NCBI RefSeq assembly: GCF_036321535.1
Contig: NC_087436.1
Coordinates: 50,842,001-50,906,000 of the forward strand
Length of the DNA stretch: 64,000 nt
Direction: 5' to 3'
Source: Camelus dromedarius
Lineage: Eukaryota
The first letter of the stretch is position 1. Each line of letters begins with the position of its first letter. Shown piece after piece: positions 52,023 to 64,000 of this stretch. Position numbers and translations under genes: made by a program. A model generated the notes under the pieces. The model saw nothing but the letters and a program-made list of their open reading frames with translations. It did not search any database and was not told the origin of the DNA.

Positions 52023-53225
52023 TTCTAGACATTTGACGCCACCATCAAGGTGTTTTACAAGTTACCTCTGAAAATGACCATACAGTTTTTTTGTTTTTTG
52101 TTTTTTGTTTTTTACATTTTGCACTGTAAAGCAGGTGTGGTAGTCCCGTGTCAAGATCCTCCTCGTCCAGGCCTTGTTCTGTGTCTTCTCATAAAGTTAA
52201 CTCTGTTATCTTTTGTCATGTCATATTAATTAGGCCAAGGATAAGAAAGTGGAAGAATGGTGGGCACTTTATTATGTGAAATAAGTTGACTAATTAATTA
52301 TTTTTCATTAGAGAAGAAATGCATAATCTTGGTTTCAAGACGAGGCTTTATTGGTGTAGAACTAGGGCCCTCATTCCTTGACCCAGTGTATGGCTGAAAA
52401 GAATGAAGATTTGGATAAGAATGTCAATCTTTCTGTCTAGGGTCTTGCTGCTCTTGCTCAGTTGTGGGAAAACCTGGCTAGACTGTCATGGGGACAAAGG
52501 TCTTAGCCTCATCTTACATAGCAATGGTCATACTGGAGTGTGTGCTCCTATCCCTTCTTCCAGTTGGAACACCACTTACATCTCCAGTCTCCCCACCAGC
52601 GCTCTCTCAGACATTGAGTTTAATGTGATAATTAGTTAGGATTAAACTGCCCATTAAACATAAGTAATGTGCTATTAAGATTGGAAAGTTATTAAATGAT
52701 GAGATACCTTGTGCTGTATTTCTTTGATTCTAGGATGCGCATTTTGGCACATTTTAACAACACTGAAGTAAGAATGTGTTTTTCAATCAAAGATGCATCA
52801 GTTTAACTGGTGCTTTTTTCCCTCCACTTCTGTGAAATGGTATCAGTTTTTGCATTAATTTTGAAATGTTATCTCAAATATATTTCTTTTGACTAATTGC
52901 AAGTGCCTACCTCATGGGAAAGACTGCAATATATTTCACTCTTTAATAGCTTCTTTATTTTTCATTTCAAAGAGAAATAATGATCTGGCAATAATTTATA
53001 TATACTTTTTTTCCCCCAAAATGTGCACTTTCACATTAAGTGCTTCATAGCAGATAGGAAATTAACACTGAATTGTGTTCATGTAAATTGCTCAAAGTTT
53101 GCTTTAAAAAATCTCTTGCTTTTTAAGACAATTTTTTTTAAAGCTCTAGTGAACAATACAGTTTGGTTTTGGCAGATGCTTATGCTTTAAATTTGATATG
53201 CAGTATTTCATTCTGTTAATAACAG

Positions 53226-53377
53226 GTTTACTTTAGGACAGTGGAACTTATAGAAGAGCCCATAGAAGAGTCTTCTGGTCTGAGTTTCTATTTCAAAATT
53301 AATGGATTTCCCATATTTCTGAAAGGCTCAAATTGGATCCCTGCAGATTCATTCCAGGATCGAGTAACCTCTGCCAT
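53226..53377 (+). CDS. MANBA: MANBA exon 8 (152 nt; [12 protein letters not shown]...[28 protein letters not shown])
   Basis: Acceptor taacag|GTT, donor AT|gtaagt; KGSNWIP motif at the start of the GH2 TIM barrel. Confidence 0.98.
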
Positions 53378-54857
53378 GTAAGTTATCTTTTTTTTTTTCT
53401 TGCACAGAGCTTAAGGGTTACTCATTTTTACTTTCTTTCCAGTGGAAGGAACGAAGAGGTAATATATAATTCTAGGATAATGGAAACTTTATAATGGAAA
53501 GGATTTAAAAATCACTCATTTCATTCTCATGAGCTGTTAGTAATCTTACAGCTAAACTATTTGGGGCTGCTGAAACCATCCAGTTTTTACAAAACTATTA
53601 TTGATTTCCTATAGAGGAACAAAATAGTGACTAATGTACATTTTGGATGGTTAGCCACCCTCCCACCCCCCAAAAAAAATGATGATTAAGTATGGACTTT
53701 TTTTTTTTTTTACTTTATTTTTTTTGAAGAATACCTGAAGGTTTTTTTTTTTTTTTAAATGGGAACCCATATTTACCTTGTCATGCTAAGATATTTGCAC
53801 ATTCTCCTACTTTTACCTTGATAAAAAGAATTAAAGAAATTTTAAACTTTAGTGTTTTTCTGAAGCTTTGAGAACAGAACTTTACAAAAATAAATTTCCT
53901 GATTGGGTTTATAAACTGCTATCTTTGTGATAGTGAAAATAAACTTTGTGAAGTGAAAATAAACATATTTAACTTATTTAAATGTATAAATATGCATTGT
54001 CATATATTATATTTAGAATGTAGATGTGGTTGGTAACTAAACTCTAATTTTGCCAAAAGTTGTAGTAATATCCTTTTATTTCAAAATGTGTGTAATGTTT
54101 TGAATTTCATATGAAAATGAAATTATTCTCCAGTCACAGCACAGATAATCAGTTGTCTCTTTTCCTTTTCAAATGCTCCTTTCCTCTGCTGGCTGGTTTT
54201 AGTGGCAGCTGTACAGCACAGCTGGGCATTAGTAAACCTGCCCAGAGTGCCTTTGCTGGGAGCACAGTGCTCTGGGTCCCTGGCCATTCTGTTACTGGGC
54301 TTTTTTTCTTCTTTTCTGGGCACTGTCCTAGAGATGGAAGGTACATGCTCTTAAAGTGTCTATAAATTTTGATTTACCTGAAGGTAAGGTGAATAGGAAT
54401 TGGAAAAAGCAGAAAGGAAATTTACTAGATAAAGGAGTACTGGACTGGAGGTGTTGTAAAAAAAGAGATAAGAGTAAGCTAGGTACTAATATTCAAACTT
54501 TGATTTCTGTCTTATAGTTTGAAATGATTATATAAAATAAATGCATACTTTCCAAGGTTTATATTTTTTTCCTATAGGAATAAATTTAAGACAAAAATTT
54601 ACTTTTAAAAATAGTATAATAATGTTACTGAAAATTTGGAAGGCAAAGAAAAGATATCATCCATAATTTTTCTAGTCTTATTTTATGTTATTATAGTTAA
54701 TTTGTATATAATTTTGTCTTACTTTCTTCACTTAGCATTACATCCAAACTATCATACATTTAAAATAAGTTCTTCTAACAGAGATTTGAATTGTGTTTAT
54801 CAACCACAATGTGCTTTTAAAAATCTTTTTTTAAACATCTCTAAAATTTCAAATTAG

Positions 54858-55010
<153 letters not shown>

Positions 55011-55374
55011 TGACAGCTCACCATTTTATTTATTGATAGGTTACTATATCCTCAGTTTGACCTCCTGTGTTCTGAGTGGGTGATATTGCCCATTCATTCC
55101 TTTCTCAGAGCCAGGAATGGTGGTCATTTTTTTTTTTTTTTGCAGAGGAATAAATGGCATCTTGAAAACCCAGAACCATAGTTGATACCAAATGTCATAA
55201 TTATTTAATTATTTCAAAATGATAGACATTCTCCATATTAGTTGTGTTTAAGTATATATCTATCTACATTTTCTTTGTCATCCTCTTTGTGATAGGAGGG
55301 TATGCATTAAAAAGAAAATAAAATATTAAAAAATTTTAAGCTTAAGGAGATCTAACCTAGAGAGAAGAAAATGA

Positions 55375-57450
55375 TAAAAATTAAATTAAAAAGATTAAAG
55401 AACTCAGGAGGAGAACAGATGCCCAGAGAGAGAAGTTAGACATTTTCAACAGGGTTAGAAAATATAAAAAACAACCAAGCAGAAGAATACAATGACTGAA
55501 ATGAAAAATACAACAGAAGGAATCAATAGTAGACTAAATGATGCAGAATAATGGATCAGTGAGCTGGAAGACAGAGTAGTAGGAATCACTACTGCAGAAT
55601 AGAAAAAAGAAAAAAGAATGAAAAGAGGACAGTCTAAGAGACCTCTGGGACAACATCAAGTGCACTAACATTGGCGTTATAGGGGTCCCAGAAGGAGAAG
55701 AGAGGAAGAAGGGGCCTGAGAAAATATCTGAAGAGACAATAGCTGAAAGAGATGACTGTTTCCTTTCCCAGGTTAAGGAAAGGAAACAGTCATCCAAGTC
55801 CAGGAAGCACAGAGTCCTGTATAAGATTAACCCTAAGAGGAATACATTGTTGTAATTAAAATGGCAAAAATTAAAGAGAGGATACTAAAAGCAACAAAGG
55901 AACAAAGGGAAAGCGACAAATAACATACAAGGGAACTCCCATGAGACTATTAGCTGATTTTTCAGTAGAAACTCTGCAGGCCAGAAGGGAGTAGCACAAT
56001 ATATTTAAAGTGATGAAACAGAAAAACCTACAACCAAGAATACTCTACCAATCAAGGGTCTAGTTCAGGTTTGATAGAGAAATTAAAAGCTTTACAGGAA
56101 AGCAATATGTATATATACATATAGACGGAAAGAAATTGAAGATGACACAAACAGATGGAAAGATATACTGTATTCTTGGATTGGAAGAATCAATATTGTT
56201 AAAATGACCATACTACCCAAGGCAATATACAGATTCAGTGCAGTCCCTACAAATCACCAATGACATTTTTCACAGAACTGGAACAAAAAATTTTAAAATT
56301 TGTATGGAGACAGGAAAAGCCTCAAATAGCCAAAACAAGCTTGAGAAAGAAGGATGGAGCTGGAGGAATCAGGCTCCCTGACTTCAGACTATACTACAAA
56401 GCTACAATCACCAAACTATTATGATACTGGCACAAAAACAGACACATGGGTCAATGGAACAAGATAGAAAGCCCAGAAATAAACCCACAAACTTATGGTA
56501 AATTAATCTATGATAAAAGAGGCAAGAATATACAATGGAGAAAAGACAGTCTCCTCAATAAGTGATCCTGGTATATGTAAAAGAATGAAATTAAAACATT
56601 CTCTAACAGCATATACAAAAATAAACTCAAAATGGATAAAAGTCCTGAAGTAAGATTGGATACTCTAAAAGGAAAGAGGATACTCTAAGAGGAAAACATA
56701 GGCAGAACACTCTATGACATAAATTACAGCAATATTTTGAACCAGCTTTTACAGTAATGAAAATAAAAGCAACACTAAACAAATGGGACCTAATTAAACT
56801 TAAAAGCTTTTGCACAGCAAAGGAAACCATAAACAAAATGAAAAGAACCTCCAGAACTGGAAAAAACTGCAACCAATGTGACTGATAAGAGTTTAATTTC
56901 CAAAATATGCAAACAGCTCATACAGTTTAAAATCAAGAAAACAACCTGATCAAAAAATGGGCAGAAGACCTAAATAGACATCTCTCCAAAGAAGACATAC
57001 AGATGGCCAACAAGCACATGGAAAGATGCTCAACATTACTAATTACTAGGGAAATGCAAATTGAAACTATGATGAGGTATCACCTCAGACCAGTCAGAAT
57101 GGCCATTATTAAAAAGTCTACAGATAAGAAATACTGGAGAGGTTGTGGAGAAAAAGGAACCCTTCTACACTGTTGGTGGGAATGTAAATTGGTGCAGCCA
57201 CTATAGAGAACAGTATGGATGTTCCTTTAAAAACTAAAAATAGAGTTACCCTATGATCTCGCAGTTCCATTCCTGGGCATGTATTTGGAAAAGACAAAAA
57301 CTCTAATTTGAAAAGATGCATGCACCCCAGTGTTCATAGCATCATTATTTTAATTGTCAAGACATGGAAGCAACCTAAATGTCCATCAACAGATGAATGG
57401 ATAAAGAAGTATTCCATTGTATATATATATCACATCTTCAGAATGAAGAA
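55375..57450 (+). mobile_element. Internally deleted L1 filling most of intron 9 (ORF1 piece joined to ORF2 3' half; no poly-A)
   Basis: ORF1-like sequence 55375-56104; ORF2 from ~56125 (aaagaaattgaagatgacacaaac); ORF 57003..57206 contains the L1 ORF2 HCWWEC motif. Confidence 0.88.
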
Positions 57451-57510
57451 TTTCTTTCTGTGCAGTAAAATCTATGACAGTGCTTGATTGCCTTTTATTT
57501 GATTTGATAG

Positions 57511-57597
57511 ATCTGGCAGGATTTTATGTTTGCCTGTGCCCTTTATCCAACTGATCGGGGCTTCGTGGATTCAGTGAGAGCAGAAGTTGCTTACCAG
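57511..57597 (+). CDS. MANBA: MANBA exon 10 (87 nt; [29 protein letters not shown])
   Basis: Acceptor gatttgatag|ATC, donor CAG|gtacgt; WQDFMFAC motif. Confidence 0.97.
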
Positions 57598-58215
57598 GTA
57601 CGTTATAATCACTCCAAGAAGGAAAGGCTCATGTTTTAGTTTTGCCTTTGTTAAACCTCTCCTTTTTTTTTTTTTTTCATTTTTTTTTCTTTTTTGTTGT
57701 TGTTGTTGTTGCTCTTTTTACTAAATCCCATGAAAAAACCAGTCAGGTAACTGAATCCCTAGGGGATTCCACCCAGTCTCATGACGTTACCTATTGGCTG
57801 GCGCCGCTCAGATTTATTCCGGCCCAGACTTCTCTGCTGAGCTTCTGGTTCTTACTATCCAGCTGCGCACTTGGTGCTCCACTTGGAGGGTTAGTAGGCA
57901 TCTCACATGTAACATGTCCAAACCAAACTTCTACTACCTCCCCCAAACGTGCTTTTCTTGCGGTTTTCCCCACCTCAGTACGTCACAATACCAGTGTCTG
58001 AATTTCTCAAGTCAAAGATGAAGTGATTCTTGACTCCTTGATTTCTTTTGCATTCTACATATGCACAGTTTTATATTTATAGATCTGTCAATGCAAGGAA
58101 GTGATTATATTCTAGCTCTGTCCACTGAAGAGGCCCAGAGGCAGTGAATAACCTAGTAATATTGAGCATCCTCATACTGAAATAATCTTTTCCATTAAGA
58201 GAAGGGCTTCTCAGA

Positions 58216-58345
58216 GGGGAGGGTATAGCTCAGTGGTAGAGTGTGTGTTTAGCACGCATGAGGTCCTGGGTTCAATCCCCAGTACTTCTATTCAAACAAA
58301 CACCTAATTACCCTCTTCCCCCCTGAAATTTTTTTTTTTTTTAAA
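58216..58345 (+). mobile_element. Vic-1-like SINE inside an old L1 fragment
   Basis: GGGGAGGGTATAGCTCAGTGGTAGAG...GGTTCAATCCCCAG head. Confidence 0.85.
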
Positions 58346-60591
58346 GAGAGGAAATTCTTAGAGAAATGGCTGATTCCAGGTCTGGGACAGGAAATATACT
58401 AGATGACCCTGGAATATTTTGTGCATGAGTAACAAAGCAGCTGTCAAAGATACATTAAAAGAACTTTGATGAAATTCTGACCAACCAAAAGTGGGACAAT
58501 TTGAGATTCAGTAAGGATAAGAATATCAGTGGATTGCAGTCCTTCAAGTAAATCCATGAGTTCATAATTAGAATGTCAAAAGAAATTTTAAAAAGTAATT
58601 ACTATAACGCTCTAGATTGTGATTGCTCTTGGAAGGAAGGAGGGACAACGATTAGGAAGGGGCACGTGAGGGCTTCTAGGGTGATTGGTAAAGTTCTCTT
58701 TCTTGGTCAGGATGTTGTTAACGAGAGTGATTGCCTTATAATAATTCACTATGTCACAATTTATTTTCTGTATCTATGTTTTTTTTTTAATTTAAAAAGT
58801 GAGTATTGAATCATCCCTAGCTTAAAGCCCTCCAGGTAAAGTGAAAGATCTTCCCTGTGCACAATCTGGTCTCTGTCTGCCTCTCCGCCCTCACCAAACA
58901 CCACCTCCCCTGTACTCTCTCTGTCCTGGACCGCTTTCCCCATCACCTGCCCCTGTGGACCACCTCACCCATTTTTTTCTGGTCCCTCTTACCTTGAGCA
59001 TGACTCCCTGGGAAAAACCTTTCTATGCCTGCAAGTCTAGATTAGGGCATCTTCCCTTTGCTACACACATCACACTTGGAATTACTTGTTCAATGTTTTG
59101 TCATTCCAGCAAGATAGTAATCTCCCTGAGGCTTCGGGCAGGTTCTGCGCTATATCCTGATGACCTGGCTGTATTATTCATCAGAAGGATGGGTGGATGG
59201 GTGAATGAATAACTTTTAAAATATTAATTATAGTTATGTAGGTTGCAAACATTTCAGTTTTATTTTTAATTTTCTTTCACACAAATAATTAAAATAGGAT
59301 ATCTAGTTGCCTTCAATTCTTTTATGTATTATTAAAGAGGAGAACTTTTTAATGCAGAGTTTGTTAAAACTTTAAAGCAAAGCTTACCATAAAATTCTAG
59401 GACATTTTGAAGGGTGTGGGTAGCACTGAGTCACTGAAGCTTTTTGTGTCTTCAGTATTTGTATTTGTGTTTTTTATCAGTACCATAAACATGCCTCTCA
59501 CTTACCTGGGCATATACGGAGGCCAGTAAGGAAATATTCTGTTCCTTATACTGTTCATAAGGCTGGTTTAGAAAAACACACCACTTTATTTTTTTTGATG
59601 AGATACAGCTCTTTGATATATCCATAATGCATTCTATTTCATGTATGAGCGACGTAGCATCTTGAATGGAGACCACCATGAGAATGTCAGCTAGATCCAT
59701 CAGTGTAATCATCTAATTATTACAGTATGAGTGAGAGGAGCTGTATATACCAATGAGGTTATAATGCTGAAACATGTTCCAAAAGAATTTCTCTTGACCA
59801 TTGACTCACTCTGGTGTTCTCAAAGGGCTTTGATTGCCCTTTCTGCTGGAATACATCTTCCTGTGTGTCAGAAGACCTAGGTCCTTTCATCTTTACGTTG
59901 GGCTGGCCGGCAGTGAGCCCAGTTCACACAGACATCAACTCTTGAGCCAGCAGGATTTTTCAGATTCCCTGATTTCTTCTTCTGTCCTTAGATATATTCT
60001 GTGACTGACTTAACCGTAGTTGATTTCTTAAGACATGACGTTAATAGTTATTTCAAGGGACAGCCTCTTGATTGCCCTAATCTTTTCTTCCTTTAGAATA
60101 TTTCATGTATTTTTCTTGCTTCATAAAACCCTCTCTAACTGTCCTGATGATTTTCTGATCTTGGTGGAGACTGTGTGGAAACCTCAATTTGTGTCTTCAC
60201 AAAGAATTCTACCTTGCTCTTGAGAAACTTACCTCTGTAATGTGAAGTCACCTGCCTTTTGTATTTCTTAGAACCTTTTTCTGGTGAGTCAGATAATGAT
60301 GAGGTTGATTTATTTTGCTCTTTTAGTAAAGGGGATTATATTTTCTCCAGTTTTTATGCCGCAAAGAAGAACCCTATTTTATCAGTGTTTATAAAATTGA
60401 GATGTAAAAAATCTCAGGTTTCTTAAAACATGTTCCCATGTGTAACATGACTACCCATTTTCTAATGAATTTTCTGGCACATAAAAATTTGTGTACAGAA
60501 ATGCAATTGGTATAATTTTATGCATAACTACAGCTCTGAGTTTTTTTGTTATGTTGGGCATTTGAAAATTATTTTTTGTCTTAAATTTTAG

Positions 60592-60759
60592 ATCATGAGA
60601 CTGAAATCCCATCCCTCCATCATCATATGGAGTGGAAATAATGAAAATGAAGCAGCGCTGATGATGAACTGGTATGCTATACAGCCCAGCGACATGCCTA
60701 CCTACATCAATGATTATGTGACACTGTATGTGAAAAACATCCGGAAGGTCGTCTTGAAA
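60592..60759 (+). CDS. MANBA: MANBA exon 11 (168 nt; [22 protein letters not shown]...IRKVVLK), contains catalytic acid/base Glu457 (codon 60643-60645); gene continues past the window
   Basis: Acceptor aattttag|ATC, donor AAA|gtaagt; [14 protein letters not shown]2 acid/base signature; cumulative exon lengths place the Glu at residue 457. Confidence 0.98.
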
Positions 60760-60766
60760 GTAAGTA

Positions 60767-62378
60767 CAGGCGTACCTTGGAGATACTGCGGGTTCAGTCT
60801 CAGATACCACAATAAAGTGAATATTGCAATAAAGTGAGTCACATGAATTTTTTGTTTTCCCAGTGCATATAAAAGTTATGTTTATACTCTGCTGTAGTCT
60901 GTTAAATGTGCAATAGCATTATGTCTTAAAAAACAATGTACATACCTTAATTAAAAAATTCTTTACTGCTAAAGAATAATAACCATCATATGAGGTTCAG
61001 TGAGTCATAATTTCTTTGCTAGTGGAGGGTCTTACCTCAGTGTTGATATCTGCTGACTGATCAGGGTGGTGGTTGCTAAAGGTTGAAGTGACTGTGGTAA
61101 TTTCTTAATGTGAGACAACAATGAAGTTTGCTGCATCGATTGACTCTTCCTTTCAGGAACCATTTCTCTGTCGCATGCAATGCTTTTGGATAGTATTTTA
61201 TCTATGGTAGAACTTCTTTCAAAATTGGGGTCAGTCCACTACTTTATCAACCAAGTTTGTAATGTTCTAAATACTTTGTTGTCATTTCAACAGTCTTCAA
61301 AGCATCTTCAATAGGAGTAGATTACATCTCAAGAAACCACTTTCTTTGCTCACCCGTAAGAAGCAATTCCTTATCTGCTCAAGTTTTATCATGAGATGGA
61401 AGCAATTCAGTTACATCTTCAGGCTCCACTTATAGTTCTCTTGCTGTTTCCACCACATCTGCAGTTTCTTCCTCCACTGAAGTCTTGAACCCCTCAAAGT
61501 CATCCACAAAGGCTGGAATCAACTTCTTTCAAACTTCTGTGAATATTAATATTTTGACCTTTCCCCATTAATCATGAATATTCTTAATGGCATCTAGAAT
61601 AGTGAATCCTTTCTGGGAGGTTTTCAGTTGACTTTACCCACATCCATCAGAGGAATTGCTATCTATGGCAGCTATATATGGCCTTACAACATGTATTTCT
61701 TGAATAATAAGATTTGAAAGTTGAAATTACTCCTTGATCCCTGGCTGCAGAATGAATGCTGTGTCAGCAGCATGAAAACAGCATGCATCTCATTGTACAT
61801 CTTCATCGGAGCTCTTGGGTGACTAGGTGCATCATCAAGGAGCACTCATACTCAGAAAGTAACTTTTTTTCCTGAGCAGTAGGTCTCAACAGTGGGTTTA
61901 AAATATTCATCAAACCATGTTGCGAACAAATTTGCTGTCATCCAGGCTTTGTTGTTCCATTCATGAAACATAGGCAGAGTAAATTGAGCACCATTTTTAA
62001 GGGTTCTGGGATTTTCAGGATGGCAAATGAGCATTGGCTTCAACTTAAAGTCACCAGTTGTATTAGCCCCTAACAAGAGAGTCATCCTGCCCTTTGAAGC
62101 TTTGAAGCCAGGCATTGACTTCTCCTCTCTAGCTGTGAAAGTCCTAGATGGCGTCTTCTTCCAATAGAAGGCTGTTTCGTCTACACCGAAAGTCTGTTGT
62201 TTAGTGTAGTCACCTTCATTAATTATGTTAGTTAGATCTTCTAGATAACTTTGCTGCAGTTTCTACATCATCAATTACTGCTTCACCTTGCACTTTTATG
62301 TTGTGGAGATGGTTTCTTTCCTTAAATCTCATGCACCAACCTCTACTAGCTTCAGCTTTTTCTTCTGCAATTTCCTCA
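60767..62378 (-). mobile_element. Tigger1 (pogo-like) DNA transposon, 3' ~1.6 kb
   Basis: TIR CAGGCGTACCTTGGAGATACTGCGGGTTC after TA; ORF 61852..62115 ([28 protein letters not shown]) is Tigger DDE transposase. Confidence 0.92.
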
Positions 62379-62870
62379 AACCATCCTTGCATCCCTGGAA
62401 TAAAACCCACTTGTTCATGATGGATGATTTTTTTTTTTAATTGTATTGTTGAATTTGGTTTGCTAATATTTCCTCAGACTTCTCCAATTTGTTGGTGTAT
62501 GGTTGTTCACAGTAGTCTCTTATGACCCTTGTATTTCTTTGGTATCAGTTGTAACATCTCTTTCATTTCTGATTTGAGTTATTTGAGTCCTCTCTCTTTT
62601 TCATGGTGAGTCTAGCTAAAAGTTTATCAATTTTATTTATCTTTTCAAAGAACCACCTCTTAATTTCATTGATCTTTTCTATTGTCTTTTTAGTATCTAT
62701 TTCATTTATTTCTACTCAGATCTTTGTTATTTCTTTCCTTCTCCTAAATTTGGGCCTCATTTGTACTTCTTTTTCTAGTTCCTTGAGGTGTAAAGTTAAG
62801 TTTTTAAATTTATTTACTTGAGATTTTTTGTTTCTTGACATAGGCATTTATCAATATGCACTTTCCTATT
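62379..62870 (-). mobile_element. Antisense L1 ORF2 fragments truncating Tigger1
   Basis: aaccatccttgcatccctggaataaaacccact (GFIPGMQGWF) and ttcaaagaaccacctcttaatttcattgatc are L1 ORF2. Confidence 0.8.
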
Positions 62871-64000
62871 CTAAGAATCTATGAAAAACATAGGTTTAAA
62901 TTTTTTGCTTATCTGTTATGCTCAGTCATGTGTCATGAAGAATTTTTTCTATTCACAAAAAGTGATGGTATAAGCTTTAATTAATATTTATACTCACAGT
63001 ATTGGTATTGTGTTTTTCATATTTGATGGGTTTAGGAAATGGATTTTAATATCTGAGGATTTTCATTTCATGGCTTAGTGGTTAAGAGCTCATGACTTCA
63101 AATTCTGGCTGGGCCACTTACTGTCTTTGTAGTCTCGGGCAAATTACTTAATCTCCATTTTCCCATGTATAAAATTGGGTTAACAATTCTTAAGAGTTTT
63201 TATGTGTATTAAGTGAGATAATGGGTGGGAGGTGCATTACACAGACTCTGGCACACAGTAGACTTCTACTAATTAATGGTAATCATCATTATCATACCTG
63301 TGAGTTTCACTGAACAAATAGGTCTTCAGATACTTTCAAACTTTAATCTCTAATTTTAACATGACATTTCTGAACTTAAAAAAATTAGTTTCTGTGTACC
63401 ACTGCTTACCCATCTTTGAAATGAAAATATGATGCCTTTCTCACAAGGGATCTATATTTTTAAAAATGACTTTGTGAGCAGTAATTGATGTTTGCCAATT
63501 TCTTTCAAGATGGACAGGATTAGGTGCTATATAATCATCACTGTTGTTATTTATATCAAAGCATAAGGCATTTAAAGAAAAGGACCATAAATTGATCCAT
63601 CCAGACACTAATTGAAATGTTTAGTTTTCTGTTGCACTTCATGCTTTTTAAAAACAGTCATTTTCTTGGTTTATCTTATGGTATTTCTTGATCCAAATAA
63701 GCATTTGAGGCCATGATCTAGAAAGAAGTTATCTGTCAGATTTGAGACTGAATATCAAGCCTCAAGAGGAAATGATAGAAAATGGGAAGAAATCATAGTG
63801 CTTCATCATAGGTGGGTATTTTAAGGCAGAGACTCATTAGTAATTTTACTGACTGGCTCAACTTACCAAGTTATTCAAGAATCTGGAAGAATAGAGGGAA
63901 ATCAGTCAAGCTTGACTGATTAAGGCCAATTGATCAGCATTTTCCAACTTCACTTCAAAGCCTTTATAACAGAATGTTGTTTAAAACTTAAAATTACCCC

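Noticed and set aside
62228..62410. In-frame L1 RT/Tigger transposase fusion ORF (MGFIPGMQGWF-EEIAEEKAEASRGW)
   Set aside because: Only 60 codons, a chance in-frame junction of two dead elements; the transposase is frameshifted downstream

Overview
Mammalian (camelid) genomic DNA carrying the 5' part of the lysosomal beta-mannosidase gene MANBA on the + strand. It includes a CpG-island/GC-box promoter (~8.6-9.3 kb) and coding exons 1-11 (9043..60759). I spliced these exons by hand: all junctions are GT-AG, and they give an uninterrupted 1485-nt/495-aa frame with a signal peptide, the GH2 WDW motif and the catalytic acid/base NNE457. The remaining exons lie beyond the window. The rest is intron and upstream sequence filled with L1, L2, MIR, MaLR/ERVL LTR, hAT (Charlie1, Zaphod-like, MER58/MER3) and Tigger elements, plus five tRNA-Ala-derived Vic-1-like SINEs that point to a camelid genome. 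Nearly all ORF-track entries are spurious or repeat-derived. I found no convincing new biological system. The best leads are a dense MEIS/HOX motif cluster in intron 7, a possible decayed antisense exon in intron 10, a Tigger1 inserted into the exon 11 splice-donor TA, and several unusual L1 rearrangements. Repeat family names and boundaries come from recalled consensus sequences and are approximate unless TSDs are quoted.
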